Source of the DNA: Psammoneis japonica
Lineage: Eukaryota
NCBI GenBank assembly: GCA_008632985.1
Contig: QPGO01000298.1
Span: 1 to 64,000, forward strand
Reading direction: 5' to 3'
DNA: 64,000 nt
Under the pieces are notes generated by a model. That model did no database searches and had not been told where the DNA came from. It was given only the letters and a program-made list of their open reading frames with translations. Below are positions 37,810 through 51,454 of this stretch, piece by piece. How positions within the stretch are numbered: position 1 is the stretch's first letter; each line of letters opens with the position of its first letter. Position numbers and translations under genes: made by a program.

Positions 37810-40800
37810 ACATGGCTTGTCCACCCTGGAGCCTTGGTGAGGTCATTGCTGGCATCAAAAACACCAGGAACATGTCCAGCAACAATGTGCCCAGCAGCAT
37901 CACTTCCAGTCTTGGATCGCAAAATGCTGGGTGTCAATGTGCCCCGATTGCTTGGTGGGAACTCAGTTGTTGACAATCTTGATGGTGGGCTCGTTGTCCA
38001 CATGCATTGGTGCAGAGTCCTGCTGTGCAAAACCCAACTCAAGAGGAATTGAACAAATGCAAAGAACTGTGTCTTGCTTGACCATGATGCCCACAGTGTG
38101 GCAAAACTTGGCCTCCACACAGAACTCATTGGCATCACTGTCTGAGTCTTGCACTGACACACTGGTGTGAGCATCCACCCAAGAGCCTTGGTGAGGACAT
38201 TGCTTGGATCAACAATGCCAGGAACATGTCCAGCAATGAGAGTGTGCCCAGCACCCCTCCAGTCTTAGATGGCAAAAAATGCTGGATGTCAATGTGCCCC
38301 GATTGCTTGGTGCAAACTCGGTTGTTGAAAATCTTGATGGTGGACTCATTGTCCATCATGTGCACTGGTGAGAGTCCTTCTGTGCAAAACCCAAGAACTC
38401 GTGAGGAATGGAACAAACACAAAGAACCATCTTGGCCATGATGTCGCAGCATGACAAAACTTGACCTCTGCATGACTCATTGTCATCAAAGTCTGAGTCT
38501 TGCACACCAGCACACTGCTGATGCACCAGCTGACATGCACACAGATCAAGTCACAGAGCAGTGGTTGCACAGGTCATTGGCATGAGCAGAAGGCAACCAA
38601 TTGAAAAAAACTCTCTCAATCTTGGGAAGTTCATGAAGACATGGATCCTCCTCAAGCTGCTCATCATGCAGGCAAGTGGGCAAGCAGGCAAAGTGCCATC
38701 CTGTGTGTTTCTTGCAGACAATGTCCCAACACTTGGTCTGATGAAAATGCTTGGCCCACACCCTTCAAAGCAGAGCAACAGACAATGGCCAGAGCAGATG
38801 CAAACTTGGGCAGTGTCACAATGGTGTGCCCAATGTCCAAATGGCAAATGACACATGCACGCAACAATTCACTGAGTGGGGTGCAGCAACCAAAACTGGC
38901 CTCTCTGCAGCAAGGTTGTCAAACTTGCAGTGCCTTCATGAGGGTCAACTCCCTTGCACAACTCATTTGCAGAGGAGTTCACAGACAAAGGAGAAGCCGA
39001 CACGTTCCAGGTCTAGGTGGGACCTCGCACCACTGAACTGTGACATCGACAGTTTTTTGAATCGCGTCGCATGTCGCGCACGTACATTTCTACGTGATTT
39101 TGGCGAAATTTTGCATCATTTTGTGGCACAATTGTCAGGCGATCCATTCAACAACTTTTTTAACATTTTTTTCTTCTGCGCCATTCTCGAGTGTCTTGGG
39201 TGGGCGCACCACAGTTCTCGGCCCGTTCATTTTCTACGTGGCCTGGCACAACCCAAATCTGTGTAGATTCAGCACATTTTGCCCTGCAGAACAGTTTTTG
39301 GGAGTGTTTTCTGGCTCTCGACGCAAAACAACACGCAAAATAACACGGACAATGGCGTTTCGCCGATTTCAAAAATGCGGTTGTTTCTGAGGTGCTTTGT
39401 GGTGTACTCTCAACGGAGTGTCTTGCGTCATGGCATGAGGCATGTGACAAGCTCGAGAGTGCACAGGTTCATGTGGGCAGCTGATGGTGAAAATTCTCAC
39501 TGAAGGTTCGCGTTGACAGCGTCGCTTCTGTTGCATCACGACTGACCTCATGTGTCACCATTCATGCTGTGTGTTTCGTTGAGGCTTTGTGTGTTGATGC
39601 CCGTTTGACTTGCATGTGTTGTCTCTTTCTACATTGTTCTTTTGTTCTGCAGGGTCTCCGTCGTCGCAAGGTGTCCCAGAAACACTTTTCCTCGTCAAGA
39701 ATGTCAATTCTGCAATGCGATGGCCATGGCAATTCCAAAACGAGGCAAAGTCACAGACACAGCATCAGGCTGACTTCACAACAAATGTGGTGATTTGGGG
39801 CTGTGGTGTCAAAAGCTGGACAAGCTCTCAAGAGCTCAGATCCGTCACAGTGCATTTTTGACAATGGCTCTCCCCGCCTCCACTTGGTGATGCGGAGTTT
39901 GATTCGGCAGACCAGTGCATCATGGCTGTTCTGAAGGTTTAGATTGCTTCTTTTGGCTGCAAGGTGGTTCACAAGCTGGAAATGTGTGGCTCACTTGCCC
40001 AATTTGTTGGCCAATGCAACAAACTTAGAGGGTGACAGCCGGGGCAGATGATCATTTTGTCAAGTCTAAAAAGCAGCTAAAGATTGTATGCCAACAAGAA
40101 GAACCAGCTTTAAAATTTGTCATGGGGGTGTAGACTTCACTTCATTGGGGCATCACATCTCCATTGTTGTTCTAGAGTGAACATTGGCTGGTGTTGTTGC
40201 CGCCAACGTGCGAGTTCGCCTTGACAATCGGTTGCACTGTATTCTGAGATTTTGGAATAAAAAACAACTTTTGTTTGCATTGATCCATTATAAGAGAAAG
40301 CTCACTGGCTTCCCCTGGCCCTTTTGGAGCAATCGGGCAAGTGAAAGAGGAGCTGCAGAAAGATGCGGACGATGCCATTTTGATGCGTTGTCATCAGGTG
40401 GTGTCGTCGTGAGGTCGCGTGATGGAGTGCCATGCTTTCTGTTTTGTGCTGCGTCTGTGTGGGAATGTACGTGATTGGCTCTCTGGCAGTTTCTGCGTAA
40501 AAAGTGCACCAGGCGATCTCTGGACCGCCCTCTTGAGAATGGCGCAGGGCAGGCGCATTGTCCAAAACTTTGAGTGTGAACAGAGACACATGTGCTACAA
40601 ACTTGGCCGTTTGTTTTATGTCAAAGACAAACACATCCATTGACCAGAGTGCGAACTGCAGAGCTTGCGCGCAGAATTCTACGGGGCAAATGTCACAAAA
40701 AGTCCCACCTGGGACTGGAACCCATCAGCCATGCCATCCACTGCATCTTCATCTTTGGGCAATCTTGTCCCAGCCATGGGAAACAAACATGCAATCCAGA

Positions 40801-41300
40801 TGTGCATGATGACATGCAATCAAAACAGAATCGTCACATTGATGGATGTCTGCCCCATCAAACACATTGCATGGAACAAAGTTTTTTAAATGGAGAGGTG
40901 AAAATTTGGACAAGTGCTGAAGAGCCTTGCCAATCACTTTGAAAATCTTGGTTGCACGCAACTCATTTGGGCATGCAACAGAGAAATCATCAACCTGGTG
41001 CAAAAGAAACTCCTGTTGTGCATCCATTGTGCCGTGCAATTTTTGAAGGCGTGGCACACTTCTCGACTGGGCTGATGAGAGCAGGGCTTCAGAGCCACTG
41101 AACAATGATCATGTTCTGCTTCTTCATCATGAACCAAAACAACTGCTTTTGGGTTTGGCCTCTCTTGAACAGTGCTGTGAACTTCTTCTGCTGTGCCATG
41201 CTCAACAGCATCGTCGAGGGGCTGCAACCTCAAATCCAGCACGCGCCACTCGGGAGAGATTGGCCCTGCTGGAAGTGACTCCAAAATGAAGCAAGGTCAG
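37810..41300 (-). mobile_element. Ty1/copia (CoDi-type) pol remnant: RT + duplicated RNase H, split by a TIR insertion
   Basis: FLLHQVDDFSVAC (LLRQVDDF), HGWDK, CHLDIGHTIVTLPKFASA (CRPDIGYA..LSKF), ELGFAQQDSAPMHVDNEPTIKIVNN, PTKQSGHID..HFAIQDW and ASNDLTKAPGW. The RNase H segment occurs twice (37821-38174 and 38175-38530). Confidence 0.88.
39003..40722. mobile_element. About 1.7-kb non-autonomous TIR element inserted in the copia RT
   Basis: gttccaggtctaggtgggacc (39004-39024) is an inverted match to agtcccacctgggactggaac (40701-40721). Copia RT sequence continues on both sides. Confidence 0.75.
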
Positions 41301-41632
41301 ACTGTGTTGCCATTGCTTGCATTGTCAACAACAGTCTTGGGGCCTCGAGTGGCTGCTGTCAACCTTCGACTTGCAGCTGCATCCACCATCCATCGCCATC
41401 GATCATCGCTGTCGTTTCAGATGGTTGCTTGGGCATTGCGCATCCAAGGTGATTTTATCAGACGCCCTGACACAAAAATGGCGGGAAAAATTCAAAACCG
41501 AAAATTCGTGCGCCTGTCATAGTATGCGGCTTCGTATGTAGGAATTATACCAATGCATACACAACTGAAAACCCTCACATCACTCGGGCAGACGGTCGTC
41601 AGTAACAACAACACAGCTCGCAGATTTGCACC

Positions 41633-43534
41633 ATGATGTCGTCGTCGTCGTCATCATCTCAAAGCAGCAATAGCAACAAGGATGAAACTAGTGGCAGCAG
41701 TAGCATATTGTCTCCCGTCATGAGTGCGCAGGAACGCAAACGACAGATTCGCAAACGGCGGCAGTTGAAACGGTCCGGCAGTATGAAGCTCTCTCAGTCC
41801 AAAAAACGCCCCGTGCTGCAACGATCCAACAGTTTGCCCGTGTCGTCCTCCTCCTTGAGGCCGCTTCCCACCTTTTCTCCCGGTAATACTACGAGTCTTT
41901 CGAAATTATCACGAAAATCCACGTCATCTCGATCACTGTTTTTAGCAGAAGAAACAAAGTTGCCATGCTCACAAGAAGAAGAAAGCAACATTACAGAAAG
42001 CCGCAGCAGCAAAAGCAAATCATCAGCGTCTTCGTTGTTTGGAGCCGTCATGGAACGAACGACGCCACCCAGCAATGAGTCACCCACAAAAACAAGTCAC
42101 GTGTCTTGGAATTCCAATCTCCCAACAACACCGGCACGCAAAACTCCAACAACAACAGCTGCTGCAGCGAGGAGTCCCGGGGGCTTTGGATTGCTTTCCG
42201 TGTTGGACAGCGTCTTGCAGTCTCCGTTTCGAAAACCATCGTCGTCTCCGGAGAAACAACAACTCCTTTCCCCAATACCGCAACATGACGATTGGCACGA
42301 GGCGGATTTGGAGAATGGCGTGATGGATTATTCCGTTAAACGGCGTGTAAGAATGGAAAGCCATCCCATCTTGCTGCCAGACAATAACACTGAAAGTGGA
42401 ATGCAACAATTTCTCCAATCCAAACCATCACCTCAAGCCGCACAGTATTATTGGCAATATCCGGCGTACCGCAAGAGTATAGAACACGAGGAAAACAACA
42501 TGATTTTACCAACCTCGGATGCAAAACCTCACGCAAAGTCGGCATTCGACACGGGCGGGCGGGACGCCTCGTGGTTTGCCGAAATGCAACGCTTTTCCAA
42601 TCCCTTGGAAGGTACTACCAACGAAACGTTATATTCAGAGTTTCAAAAACGCGAGTGGCAACAAGCCTTTCGGTCCCTGTACACGTCGTGGTTGGATACT
42701 AGTAGTAGCCAGAATGATGTGGCTCCCCATAATGCATGCTTTTATGCCTTGGCGGACAATCACATGGCCGTGTTTCGATTCAACCAAGAAAACAAACCAC
42801 TCATTGTCTTGTCGAAAACAACAAAGCAAATGCGAAATGAGTTAGAATCAAAGGGTGTCGAGTTTGAGCCGTTGCAAAAAACAGTTACAGAAAACTCTCT
42901 TCCACAGAGCAGCAGCGATGATGTTCGCGACGAATTGGAAGCGTTGCGACAAGCCCAAGTCCACGGCACTACCGCGGGTGCCGATGTTTCCATCAAGGTC
43001 AAGCGTGGCAATACTACGAGCGCCGACAACAAGTCCGTTTCGATTTGTATTAGTTCGGAACAAGACAATGTCGATTTGTTCTTGGAGGTATATCTCAACA
43101 CGCATGGCCTTGACGACGACGACGGCGACCGCCGTGTTCCTTTGTTACTGACACGAACCGTCGGACCCTTTTTACATTCGTGTCTGAAACGCTTGACAGT
43201 TCGAAACGAAAAAGATGGTGCCGTGGAACTTGTTGGACCCATTTTGCCGTGTGCACTCAATGAGCTCGTGAGTGCCACGTCCGAGCAAATGATCATGCAC
43301 AAGCAACAGCAACATTCCTCTCCAGCAAACGACAAGAATTCCAACAACGAGGACAATGACATTGGTTCTCATTACTTTGTCGTGTATACTCATGCGCTGG
43401 AATCCTCCAGCATGCTGAATGGCGCAGACCCGTTGTCACTGAATGAATGTAGACAAGAGCAAGTCGTAAGCGTCGTGGTTTGGGATGTTGCGAGACCCGA
43501 CAAGATTGCCTACAAGGTTGCCAACGAACAGTGA
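41633..43534 (+). CDS. DONSON: DONSON (downstream neighbor of SON) replication factor homolog
   Basis: Low-complexity N-terminus, then DYSVKRRVR, YYWQYP, EWQQAFRSLY, FYAL...VF, SKTTKQMRNELESKGVEF, VPLLL...PFLHS and ELVGPILP in the expected order. Confidence 0.82.
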   Translation: MMSSSSSSSQSSNSNKDETSGSSSILSPVMSAQERKRQIRKRRQLKRSGSMKLSQSKKRPVLQRSNSLPVSSSSLRPLPTFSPGNTTSLSKLSRKSTSSRSLFLAEETKLPCSQEEESNITESRSSKSKSSASSLFGAVMERTTPPSNESPTKTSHVSWNSNLPTTPARKTPTTTAAAARSPGGFGLLSVLDSVLQSPFRKPSSSPEKQQLLSPIPQHDDWHEADLENGVMDYSVKRRVRMESHPILLPDNNTESGMQQFLQSKPSPQAAQYYWQYPAYRKSIEHEENNMILPTSDAKPHAKSAFDTGGRDASWFAEMQRFSNPLEGTTNETLYSEFQKREWQQAFRSLYTSWLDTSSSQNDVAPHNACFYALADNHMAVFRFNQENKPLIVLSKTTKQMRNELESKGVEFEPLQKTVTENSLPQSSSDDVRDELEALRQAQVHGTTAGADVSIKVKRGNTTSADNKSVSICISSEQDNVDLFLEVYLNTHGLDDDDGDRRVPLLLTRTVGPFLHSCLKRLTVRNEKDGAVELVGPILPCALNELVSATSEQMIMHKQQQHSSPANDKNSNNEDNDIGSHYFVVYTHALESSSMLNGADPLSLNECRQEQVVSVVVWDVARPDKIAYKVANEQ

Positions 43535-43612
43535 GTTCCATAATGAAACTACTTGAACGAGTACCTATAGAGAGATTGGTTTGATGAAAAGCTTAATGTA
43601 TCTGAGATTGCG

Positions 43613-44494
43613 CTATGCGTGGTTGGCATCAACTTGTTCGGAAAACGATCCAAGCGACACTCGTGGAGTTGCCAAAAAGTCTTGACACAGCAAGAGTCGC
43701 TCCTCTTCTTCTTCCCAAAAGTTGGCATCAAAGGTATCCAAAGTGTCGACCTCGCTAGGAGTGACGCAAGCCTTTGGTAGACTTGCCGCCTTGAGAGCCG
43801 CCTTTGCGTTTTCAATGGTTTGCATTGTGAGTTCCAAACACTCGCGGTGGGCATTAGGGTCAAAGTAGGGATCTCTGGTTAGGGCGGGAACAGCAAAAAG
43901 AATGGAGCCGGGAGACCTTGGAGAGAGATGGCGACTGTTTATGTTGGATGGGACGAGGATTTCCTTGGGAATGGTTTCATCCGTAACATCCCTGTGTCGA
44001 TCCTTTGTACCAGACTTGGGTGTGACAAAAGGCGTGGGAGCTTTCACCGAATCAGCTCTTGACGACTTGTGGACTTGATACGATGCCTTTCGCCCTCTCT
44101 TTTTCCTTCCTTTACCTAGTTGCATCTCGTGCCAGGCTCGTAGTTCCATCGCATAGCGTTCTCTCTCGGTTTGGGCTTCGGCTTCAAAAATCGCTCTGGT
44201 CCTTTTATCCAATGTCTTCCACCTGCTTCCTACCGTACGGGCCAAATCTTCAAAGCTAATCTTGCCATGAACGGTTCGGTCTCGCCGTTTATTATTCGGC
44301 GGAGGATCTGGCATAGCGGAGGACGTTACAATCTTTTGTCGTTCTCTTTGGAAGAAGATGTTGTAGGCACTGAGAGGTCTTTTGGGGGCATCCAGAGGCT
44401 TTGACTTCTTGTATTTTCGCTTCTTAGTCGTCTTCGTGGATGGAGCGGTGGTGAACTTTTCGAAAGAATGAACTGTGGTTTGCGTTTCATTCAT
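43613..44494 (-). CDS. HMG-box DNA-binding protein
   Basis: APKRPLSAYNIFFQRERQKI...HGKISFEDLARTVGSRWKTL...ERERYAMELRAW. Confidence 0.92.
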   Translation of the reverse strand: MNETQTTVHSFEKFTTAPSTKTTKKRKYKKSKPLDAPKRPLSAYNIFFQRERQKIVTSSAMPDPPPNNKRRDRTVHGKISFEDLARTVGSRWKTLDKRTRAIFEAEAQTERERYAMELRAWHEMQLGKGRKKRGRKASYQVHKSSRADSVKAPTPFVTPKSGTKDRHRDVTDETIPKEILVPSNINSRHLSPRSPGSILFAVPALTRDPYFDPNAHRECLELTMQTIENAKAALKAASLPKACVTPSEVDTLDTFDANFWEEEEERLLLCQDFLATPRVSLGSFSEQVDANHA

Positions 44495-45469
44495 GGTGAT
44501 GTCTAGACTCTGTTCTAGGTTTTCGGGCAAAGAAATGAGAATAAGACTTGCGAACTATTAGTTATCATCTCTCTTTCTTATTATCACGTACCTATTCGAG
44601 ACTTGTGATCGATAAAAATGATGTGAGAATTCAATTTTGTGTGAAAAAAAATAAACGGTGAAATGTGCAGGGTTCAAATAATGACTTCGTACTCGTACAC
44701 AGAACACCCGATTTGAGTTTTTCGAATTTGGTGCAGAGAACAATTTCACGAATGTAATGACCTAGTCGACACTGCAATTCTGGATTTTGTGTATGCCGAG
44801 ATCACAATCGAGGTGGGTCTTACCGGTACCGGTTTGTACCTCGCAATCATCTCAAGAATGCAGGGAAACGATGATGACTTTGTGAGCGACAATTTTGTCT
44901 TGGAAATGACCCAAGACTTGCAAAACATCAATTTGGCGCCACGTAAGATCCACGTTGGGTATCTCTATGTCGACAAATGTCCAAAATGTCGCAACGGTGA
45001 CCCCAATTTTAACGTGAAAACACACATGACTGTTTACGCCGTAGGTTACCACGGCAGACAATACGAGGTAATGATCTCACGGATGACTCTCTTAACGGAG
45101 TCACTGAATAACTCCATGACCGAGCGGTGCTTCTTCCTCTTCTCTGTTCATTCTTCCCACCATAACAGTGGTTTTTCGTTTCTCGTTAAAGTGGAGCATT
45201 CTGAGTTCATGGCATGGGCAGGGAAATCACAGGTGCCACCCGAGGAGGGCTGGGCAGGGGCTGGCGTGCCAGAGAGAGCAGCTGGTGGGGAACTGCTTTT
45301 TCCTGGGTCTGGGTGACCACCACAGGAAATTTTGCAGTCTGCATGGCATGCACAGGGGGGGGGGGGTGCTGTGGTGAACTTTGACAAGCTTGACCACACA
45401 GCTTGCACAGACAGAGAGATGGAGGGAGGGGGAGCCATGCGGCGCATCAAGAGAGACAGCAAGCAAGCA

Positions 45470-45470
<1 letters not shown>

Positions 45471-45514
<44 letters not shown>
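45471..45514. repeat. (GA)n microsatellite; shorter ones at about 45857, 48500 and 61557
   Basis: Direct observation. Confidence 0.95.
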
Positions 45515-45515
<1 letters not shown>

Positions 45516-45889
45516 TGGAGATGGCTGGACTGTGTGAGACATTGCATTAAAAAAACAATTCATTGAATCCACTCACCTGCCCTGGTGCACCAGCCGGATC
45601 TTTTCAAAACACCAGAACCTCAACCACACTTTGGCGCGACAGCAGCCTGCTGCTCCTGATCAAGCCACCACAAAAGTCTCACTTCTGACTTTGGCTCAAT
45701 GTTGTTGTGCCTGCTGATTGTCAAATGGTTGGATGAATGCCCAAACTGGTGGCTCCTGCCTCAGCCACTTTCACAATTGTTTGTCACATTTGAAAGAGAG
45801 AGTCGGTTGTGCAGATTGTGCTCATTCGCCGATTTTGTTCATTCATTCATTTAAAAGAGAGAGAGAGAGAGAGAGTTGAAAGGCAACAA

Positions 45890-48390
45890 TGGACACTGCA
45901 GCTGAGACCAGCACCCCAACATGCACACACTTTGATTCAACCATGGCAAACCCTGCCAACCAGCAACCAAGGACACCCCTTGCCGCTGCCACCCAGCACA
46001 CCAGGGGCAACATCGTGTTGCTCCTCCAACCCAAGACAGCATCCATCCTTGAGAAGCTGGTGCTCCAACACCTCCAAATGCAAGCCAAGGCCCACAACAA
46101 AGCCTTTCATGTCCAGCCAATGGTTGACAATGAGAAGTTTGTCCCACACTCAGCCAGAATCAATTTCGAACTTCAAACGTCAAAAAAGCAGCCAAACAGA
46201 GCCAGGAGTTCACAGTGCTGCAAGAGGAAACAATGGCCCTCATTGACCAAACCCAACAAGCCTTCAAAAAGCAAGCTGTCACAGCCACCAAGATTGAATG
46301 TAAAATCCTTTGAGCAGAGACTTTGGAGTCCTGTGTGAAAACAATTTGACTCTTGCTGTGACCGACTGCATCGCCACACCTGTTGACACCACAGCAGTCA
46401 CCCCACTTGACCGCTGCCATGAGACCCTGCTCAAGCAAATCAAGTTTGCAACCTCAACACCTTCACAATAAAAAGTGCAAGACCACAAACAGCATCACAA
46501 CCCTGCCAGCACTGCTGATTGCTCCTGCTGCAAGACCACCCAGCACACAAGAAGACATGGGAACCATTGCCTTTCTTTTCCCAATGAAGCAGCCAGCACC
46601 AACACCAGCACCATGACCATCTGCATCCCAACAAAAGGTCAAAACTGAGCTCAATAAATTCTTTCAAGCACAAAACTGTGTCTTTGTTTCCCCTGGGGAT
46701 GCATGCCTTGAAGCCAAGAAACAACATGACATCAGCCTCCAAATGAAAAAATGGACACGGAGCCCTGCAAGACAGAAGCAACCAAAAACACCAACATGGA
46801 AAGTGATGGACTGCCAGCCATTGACCCCACAACCCTCAAAGGACTTGCTTGTGAGGAAACTGAAAAGAACACAAAAAAGGTTTCCCAACAGGTCAACTTG
46901 CTCTTGCAATGCAACATGCATCAAATCCATGAAACAACAGCTGTCAAACAAGCAGAGGGGCCAAACCACTGCAGTCAGCACCTCAGCACAACAGGAAAAA
47001 AGGCAAAGGTGCCTTGTTGGATCACTTGAGGGAAAACGCCCTTTGCATGACCAAAAAGCCAGCGATTCTAACAACAACACCGCTGGTGCCAACAGAAACA
47101 ATTGCTGTTGCTTCAAATCAAAGCAGCTGTCAAAAAAGAAGCAGCAGGGCTCCGTCAACAATTGGAGCAGGCATTGACATCCACTCAGCTCCAAATCTGC
47201 CATGTGTGCAGATTTGTTGCAGACTCCATCAAGACACTTTGACACAATGCCTGCTTGCACCTCAGCAACATGCCTGCATGGCACTGTTTTGGCAGACTGT
47301 CACATCTTGCCTTCCAAGATTGCAATTCTGCCCTCCAACCACACAAAAATCTGCAATCCCTTCTGGGTCTCAGCCTCAAGTTGTTCCTGCACCTGGTGCA
47401 CAAACAACGACTCAAACAACTCCTTGGCAACTGGCTCAGAAAGCACAAAGCCACCCCAACTGCCATGGAATGCAAGCACCTGACACACCACATCAACACT
47501 GATGATGCACTGTTCCCCATCTTCTGCCTTGCTTTGAAGATGCACAAGCCTCTGCCACTCTGATCCTGCCCCTGATCATCTCTGCAAGTGGCAGCCTCTT
47601 CTGTGGCCTTGACATCTGGGCAGCAGATGACAAACTGCAAAAAGTTTTGTGCAAGCAACCACCCTGTTTTAAAAGTTCATTGGACCTTAAGAATGAACTA
47701 GTCCAGATGCTGGCACCACCAGATTGCCTCCTCTTTGCCTCTGATGCCAAATCCTGCCACTTGAACATCCCAGCAAACAAAGCACTTCAAAAGATTGCAA
47801 CCCATCTGCAACAAAATGAGGTTGCTGACTGCCAAGACATGCCAGTCAAAGCTCTCATTGAAGCCTTCAAACTTGCAATGAACATCAGTGTCTTTGCCTT
47901 CAGCAACACAACATGGCACCAACTGAATGGCACCACACAATGGGCACACGGCACACCACCCGCCAATCAGCTGCGTGCCACACTCTGTGCTGCTGCGCAC
48001 TGCATGAAGCTGCATTCCTGGAGGAGTTTGGCACCAACCTTGTCTTTTGCAGGAGATTCATTGACAATGTCTTTGGCATTTGGAAAACCACTGAACCTGT
48101 GATGGATGACACCCGCCTGGACTGCATTTGCCTCCAGCCAGAACAAAAACAACTGTGATGTCAATTGGGTCATGAGTCTAAGAGCTCACCAAGTGAACTT
48201 CATGAATCTCACAACAACACTCCAAGCTCTCACCTGTGCACTGCTTTCTACAAAAAAGAATGGAGTCAGCACCTGCATGTCCCGTCACACTCAGCTCACC
48301 CACCTGGAGCACTCACCAGCCCAATCATTCCAGCCAGCAGCCAGTGCAAAAGCAAAGATGAAGTTGCTTCACTTTTGCCTGCTTGCTTGA
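45890..48390 (+). mobile_element. Penelope-like retroelement remnant (N-terminal region + RT)
   Basis: LLGLSLK, PLIISASGS, DDKLQK, CFKSSLDL, LLFASDAKSCHLNIP (LFTxDAxSMYTNI), VFAFSNTTWHQLNGT..GTPPA, LVFCRRFIDNVFGIW (YRRFIDD), VNFMNLT and HLHVPSHSAHPPG (YLYIPxHSAHPPG). No GIY-YIG domain seen. Confidence 0.85.
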
Positions 48391-51300
48391 GGCCACAAAC
48401 TCAAAATGAGTGTCTCCACCTCAGCCACTTGTGTCTTCTTGTTTGTCATGTTTGATGGAGAATCTGCTGTGCTGATTCTGTTTGTTTGTTTGAGAGCAAG
48501 AGAGAGAGAGAGAGTCAGGCAATGCATGGACATGCTCCAGCTTCTCTTTTTGAAGTTCACTCATTGCTTGCCAAGCAGAAAAAATGCATTGTGGTGCTCA
48601 TGTCCAAGATTGTCTCTCTTGTCCATGGTGCCACCACACAAGGCTGCAACATGACCAAACAGCACAGAGAAGCAAGAAGTGCCCATTGTGATGATAAAAT
48701 GACTGCCCCTTTCCAATCAGCAGTGTCAAATTTCTTCATTGGTAGAACTGCAATGTCTGGTTTGGCACATGTGGGCATTTTTCCATTTTGTTCAGCAAAA
48801 ACAGCCCGACTTGTGGGTGATTTCAGCAACGTGTTTATCAAGTGTGCAAAATTCTTGCACATCCTCATCATGGGCTTGTTTTGTCCTGTCGGTCAACATG
48901 CAAGTTGCACCACTAAATTTGCCACACTCCAATTGGTCTGTGTGGTTGTTGGCGCACCATGCAAAGAGGTGGACCCAGTTTGGGCACTGACTTTGTGTGG
49001 GTCATCAAGACAAAAACTCATTGAAATGCAACAGCCCCATTTGGCAAAAAGTTCAAGAGATTTTGCCATTTTCTTTGTGGCACACACTGCACCTGCTTTG
49101 CATTGTTGGTTGGTGGTGTGACTTCTGCACACAGCTGCAAAGCTGAAAAAGAAATTGTCAAAAACAAAAGCACTTTGCCATGACAACTGTTGTGCAAAAT
49201 TCCCATGTCACCCAACACAAAATTTTGTTCACAGACAAATGTTTGAAAACGTTCCTCATTTGTGTTTCTGTGGGCATGAGCATTTTTGTTGCTGATGTCC
49301 AAAAGTCAAAAGCACTCTTTGTGCAATGCAACAATCATGCTTTTAAATTGATGACACAACAAACTCTCAACAAACAATTGCTTGCACAACTGAAGAAGTC
49401 TTTGTTGGCTCACTGACACATGAGAACAAACAAAACTTGGCAACAATTGTGTGTTTTGGGTTGGGGTTGAAGCTCCTTCTTTGGGAGTGCTGCTCTCTCC
49501 AACACAAAGAGAAGAGGGTCTTGCTCCTCTGTGCCAGAGCACATTTGCACTTGTGCAATGATCAATTTTGGCCAACGGAGGAGATCTGGTTGGGGAGTGT
49601 GCACAAAATTGTGCACAACAAAATGACCATTTTGGGGCACTTTCGTTTCACACTTCTTGCTGTGACAGGTCTGTGAGGGGCAGTTTCTTCTTTGGCTTCA
49701 TTGACGAGCATGGGCTGTTTGAGCAAAAGATCATGTTGAACCCACAGAGAGGCAGTCGTGAAAGCAAAGAAGGAGCTCCAATTCAAATTTGCTTGACCTT
49801 TGAGCCAACAACAAGAATGAGATCATCAAAAAGCTGGAACTGTGTTGCTTTGTTGCAAATTTTGTCAGTTGCTGGCCCGCCATTCTGTTTTCATGTGAGC
49901 CCCAACAACCCTGTTGGCACATGGCAGATTTGTGATCCAGCTGCATTTTTGGATGATTTCATTGTCTCAGCATTGCCAGCCCACCAGATTTTGGGCTGCA
50001 CTGCTGGAAGTTGTTGAGTGTTTGGAGAGGTGCTGTTTGTTCTCTGAGTGTCATTGTGCTTTGTGACAAGCAGGCACACAAGCACTGGGACCTGGGCACA
50101 CACACAGAGAGTTGCCACAGTGTGAAGCACCTCCCGCTGGCAGCACCTTGGGATGAAGCAGCAGTTGATTTGAACAACCCTTGGACAAGAAAAGCAAGAC
50201 AAGATCCAGGATTAGAAAGTGCAGTTTAATGCTCTGCAACTTGTGTTTGTGTTGTGACAAATTTGGCTGAGAAACATCAAACAGTGTCTGACTTCTTTGA
50301 AAGGGCACTCCACTTTTGGAAAAGTGTCACAGAGAATTCTTTGGCCATCATGAGACTTCCATCTCATTGACCTTTGAATTGATTGTTGCACTGTTTGAAT
50401 CACACTTGCAACATGATTGAAAATTTAGAGGGACAAGATTCTGTGTGTGGGCATGTTTCTGCAATGGCCATCATGAGGGTCATGAGGGGAAGCCCACCTG
50501 ACAGCCATGTTCAGGGTCGTTTCTTGTCACTGACTTGTGTGCTGCTGGAAGACAGTGCTGGTGCTTTTCCATTGCCTTGAATGACATCCTGCCAACATCA
50601 TGGTTGAATTTTATGTCTTGTGACCTCAACAGAATTTTCAAAGGCTGATGGCAAAGGGAGGAAAAAATCATGGTGATGCTCTGGCGGAACACACGCAGCA
50701 GCGCATCCAGTGGTGGAGAGTGGCGAAAGCTGTTGCACATGATCTTTGCCAGCAGATGCAGCAACACAAAGCCAGTTCTCAACCAGTGCTTGCACAAGAC
50801 ATCAAACAGGCATGATGCCTTTGGTGGGATGGTGGACAACATTGCTTTCAAAATGGTGCATCGTCCACTCAATTTGACGTGAGCATGTCACTCCCTTTTG
50901 TCCGAGCACTCCTGTCAGCAAACCTTCTTCTCTCCCCAGACAGACAGCAAATCATGCCAAAGCAACAAGGCAGGTGTCACTTCAGCTTTGAATGAGTAAA
51001 AAAGCAAGGCAGAAATTGTGTGACATCTGTGTTCAAAAGTGCACAAGCACTGTCGATGCCCATCCGTCACTTGCTTCAAACGCAACAAGCCTGTTTGCAG
51101 AGGTGCAAAAACAAGAAACAAAATTCAATGCCTTTGTCACCAACCTGCCCCAAAAAGCTCAATGCACATCAAACATTTGTGGTTGCCTCAGAATGCTGCA
51201 AGCAGCACTGAGCAGAGAATGAAGACTCTTGTTGCAGGGTTGCTGTGAATTGACTTTGCTCGCCGCTGGACACATCAGGCGACGGACTGGTGACTTGCAG

Positions 51301-51454
51301 CTGTTGCTGAGTGTGGCTTTGTTTGGGAGGGCTGGTCAGAGTTTTCAAAGCTGGGTGAAAAAAGTCCGGGAAGAATCAGATGATGAAGTTTGTGATGGCT
51401 GCACTCAAAGCCGAGTGAATCAATGCAGTTGCTGCATGAGCTGGTTGTTTTGGG

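Noticed and set aside
44789..45316. 175-aa ORF as a gene
   Set aside because: It has a non-ATG start, no motif, and runs across the boundary into the converted domain.
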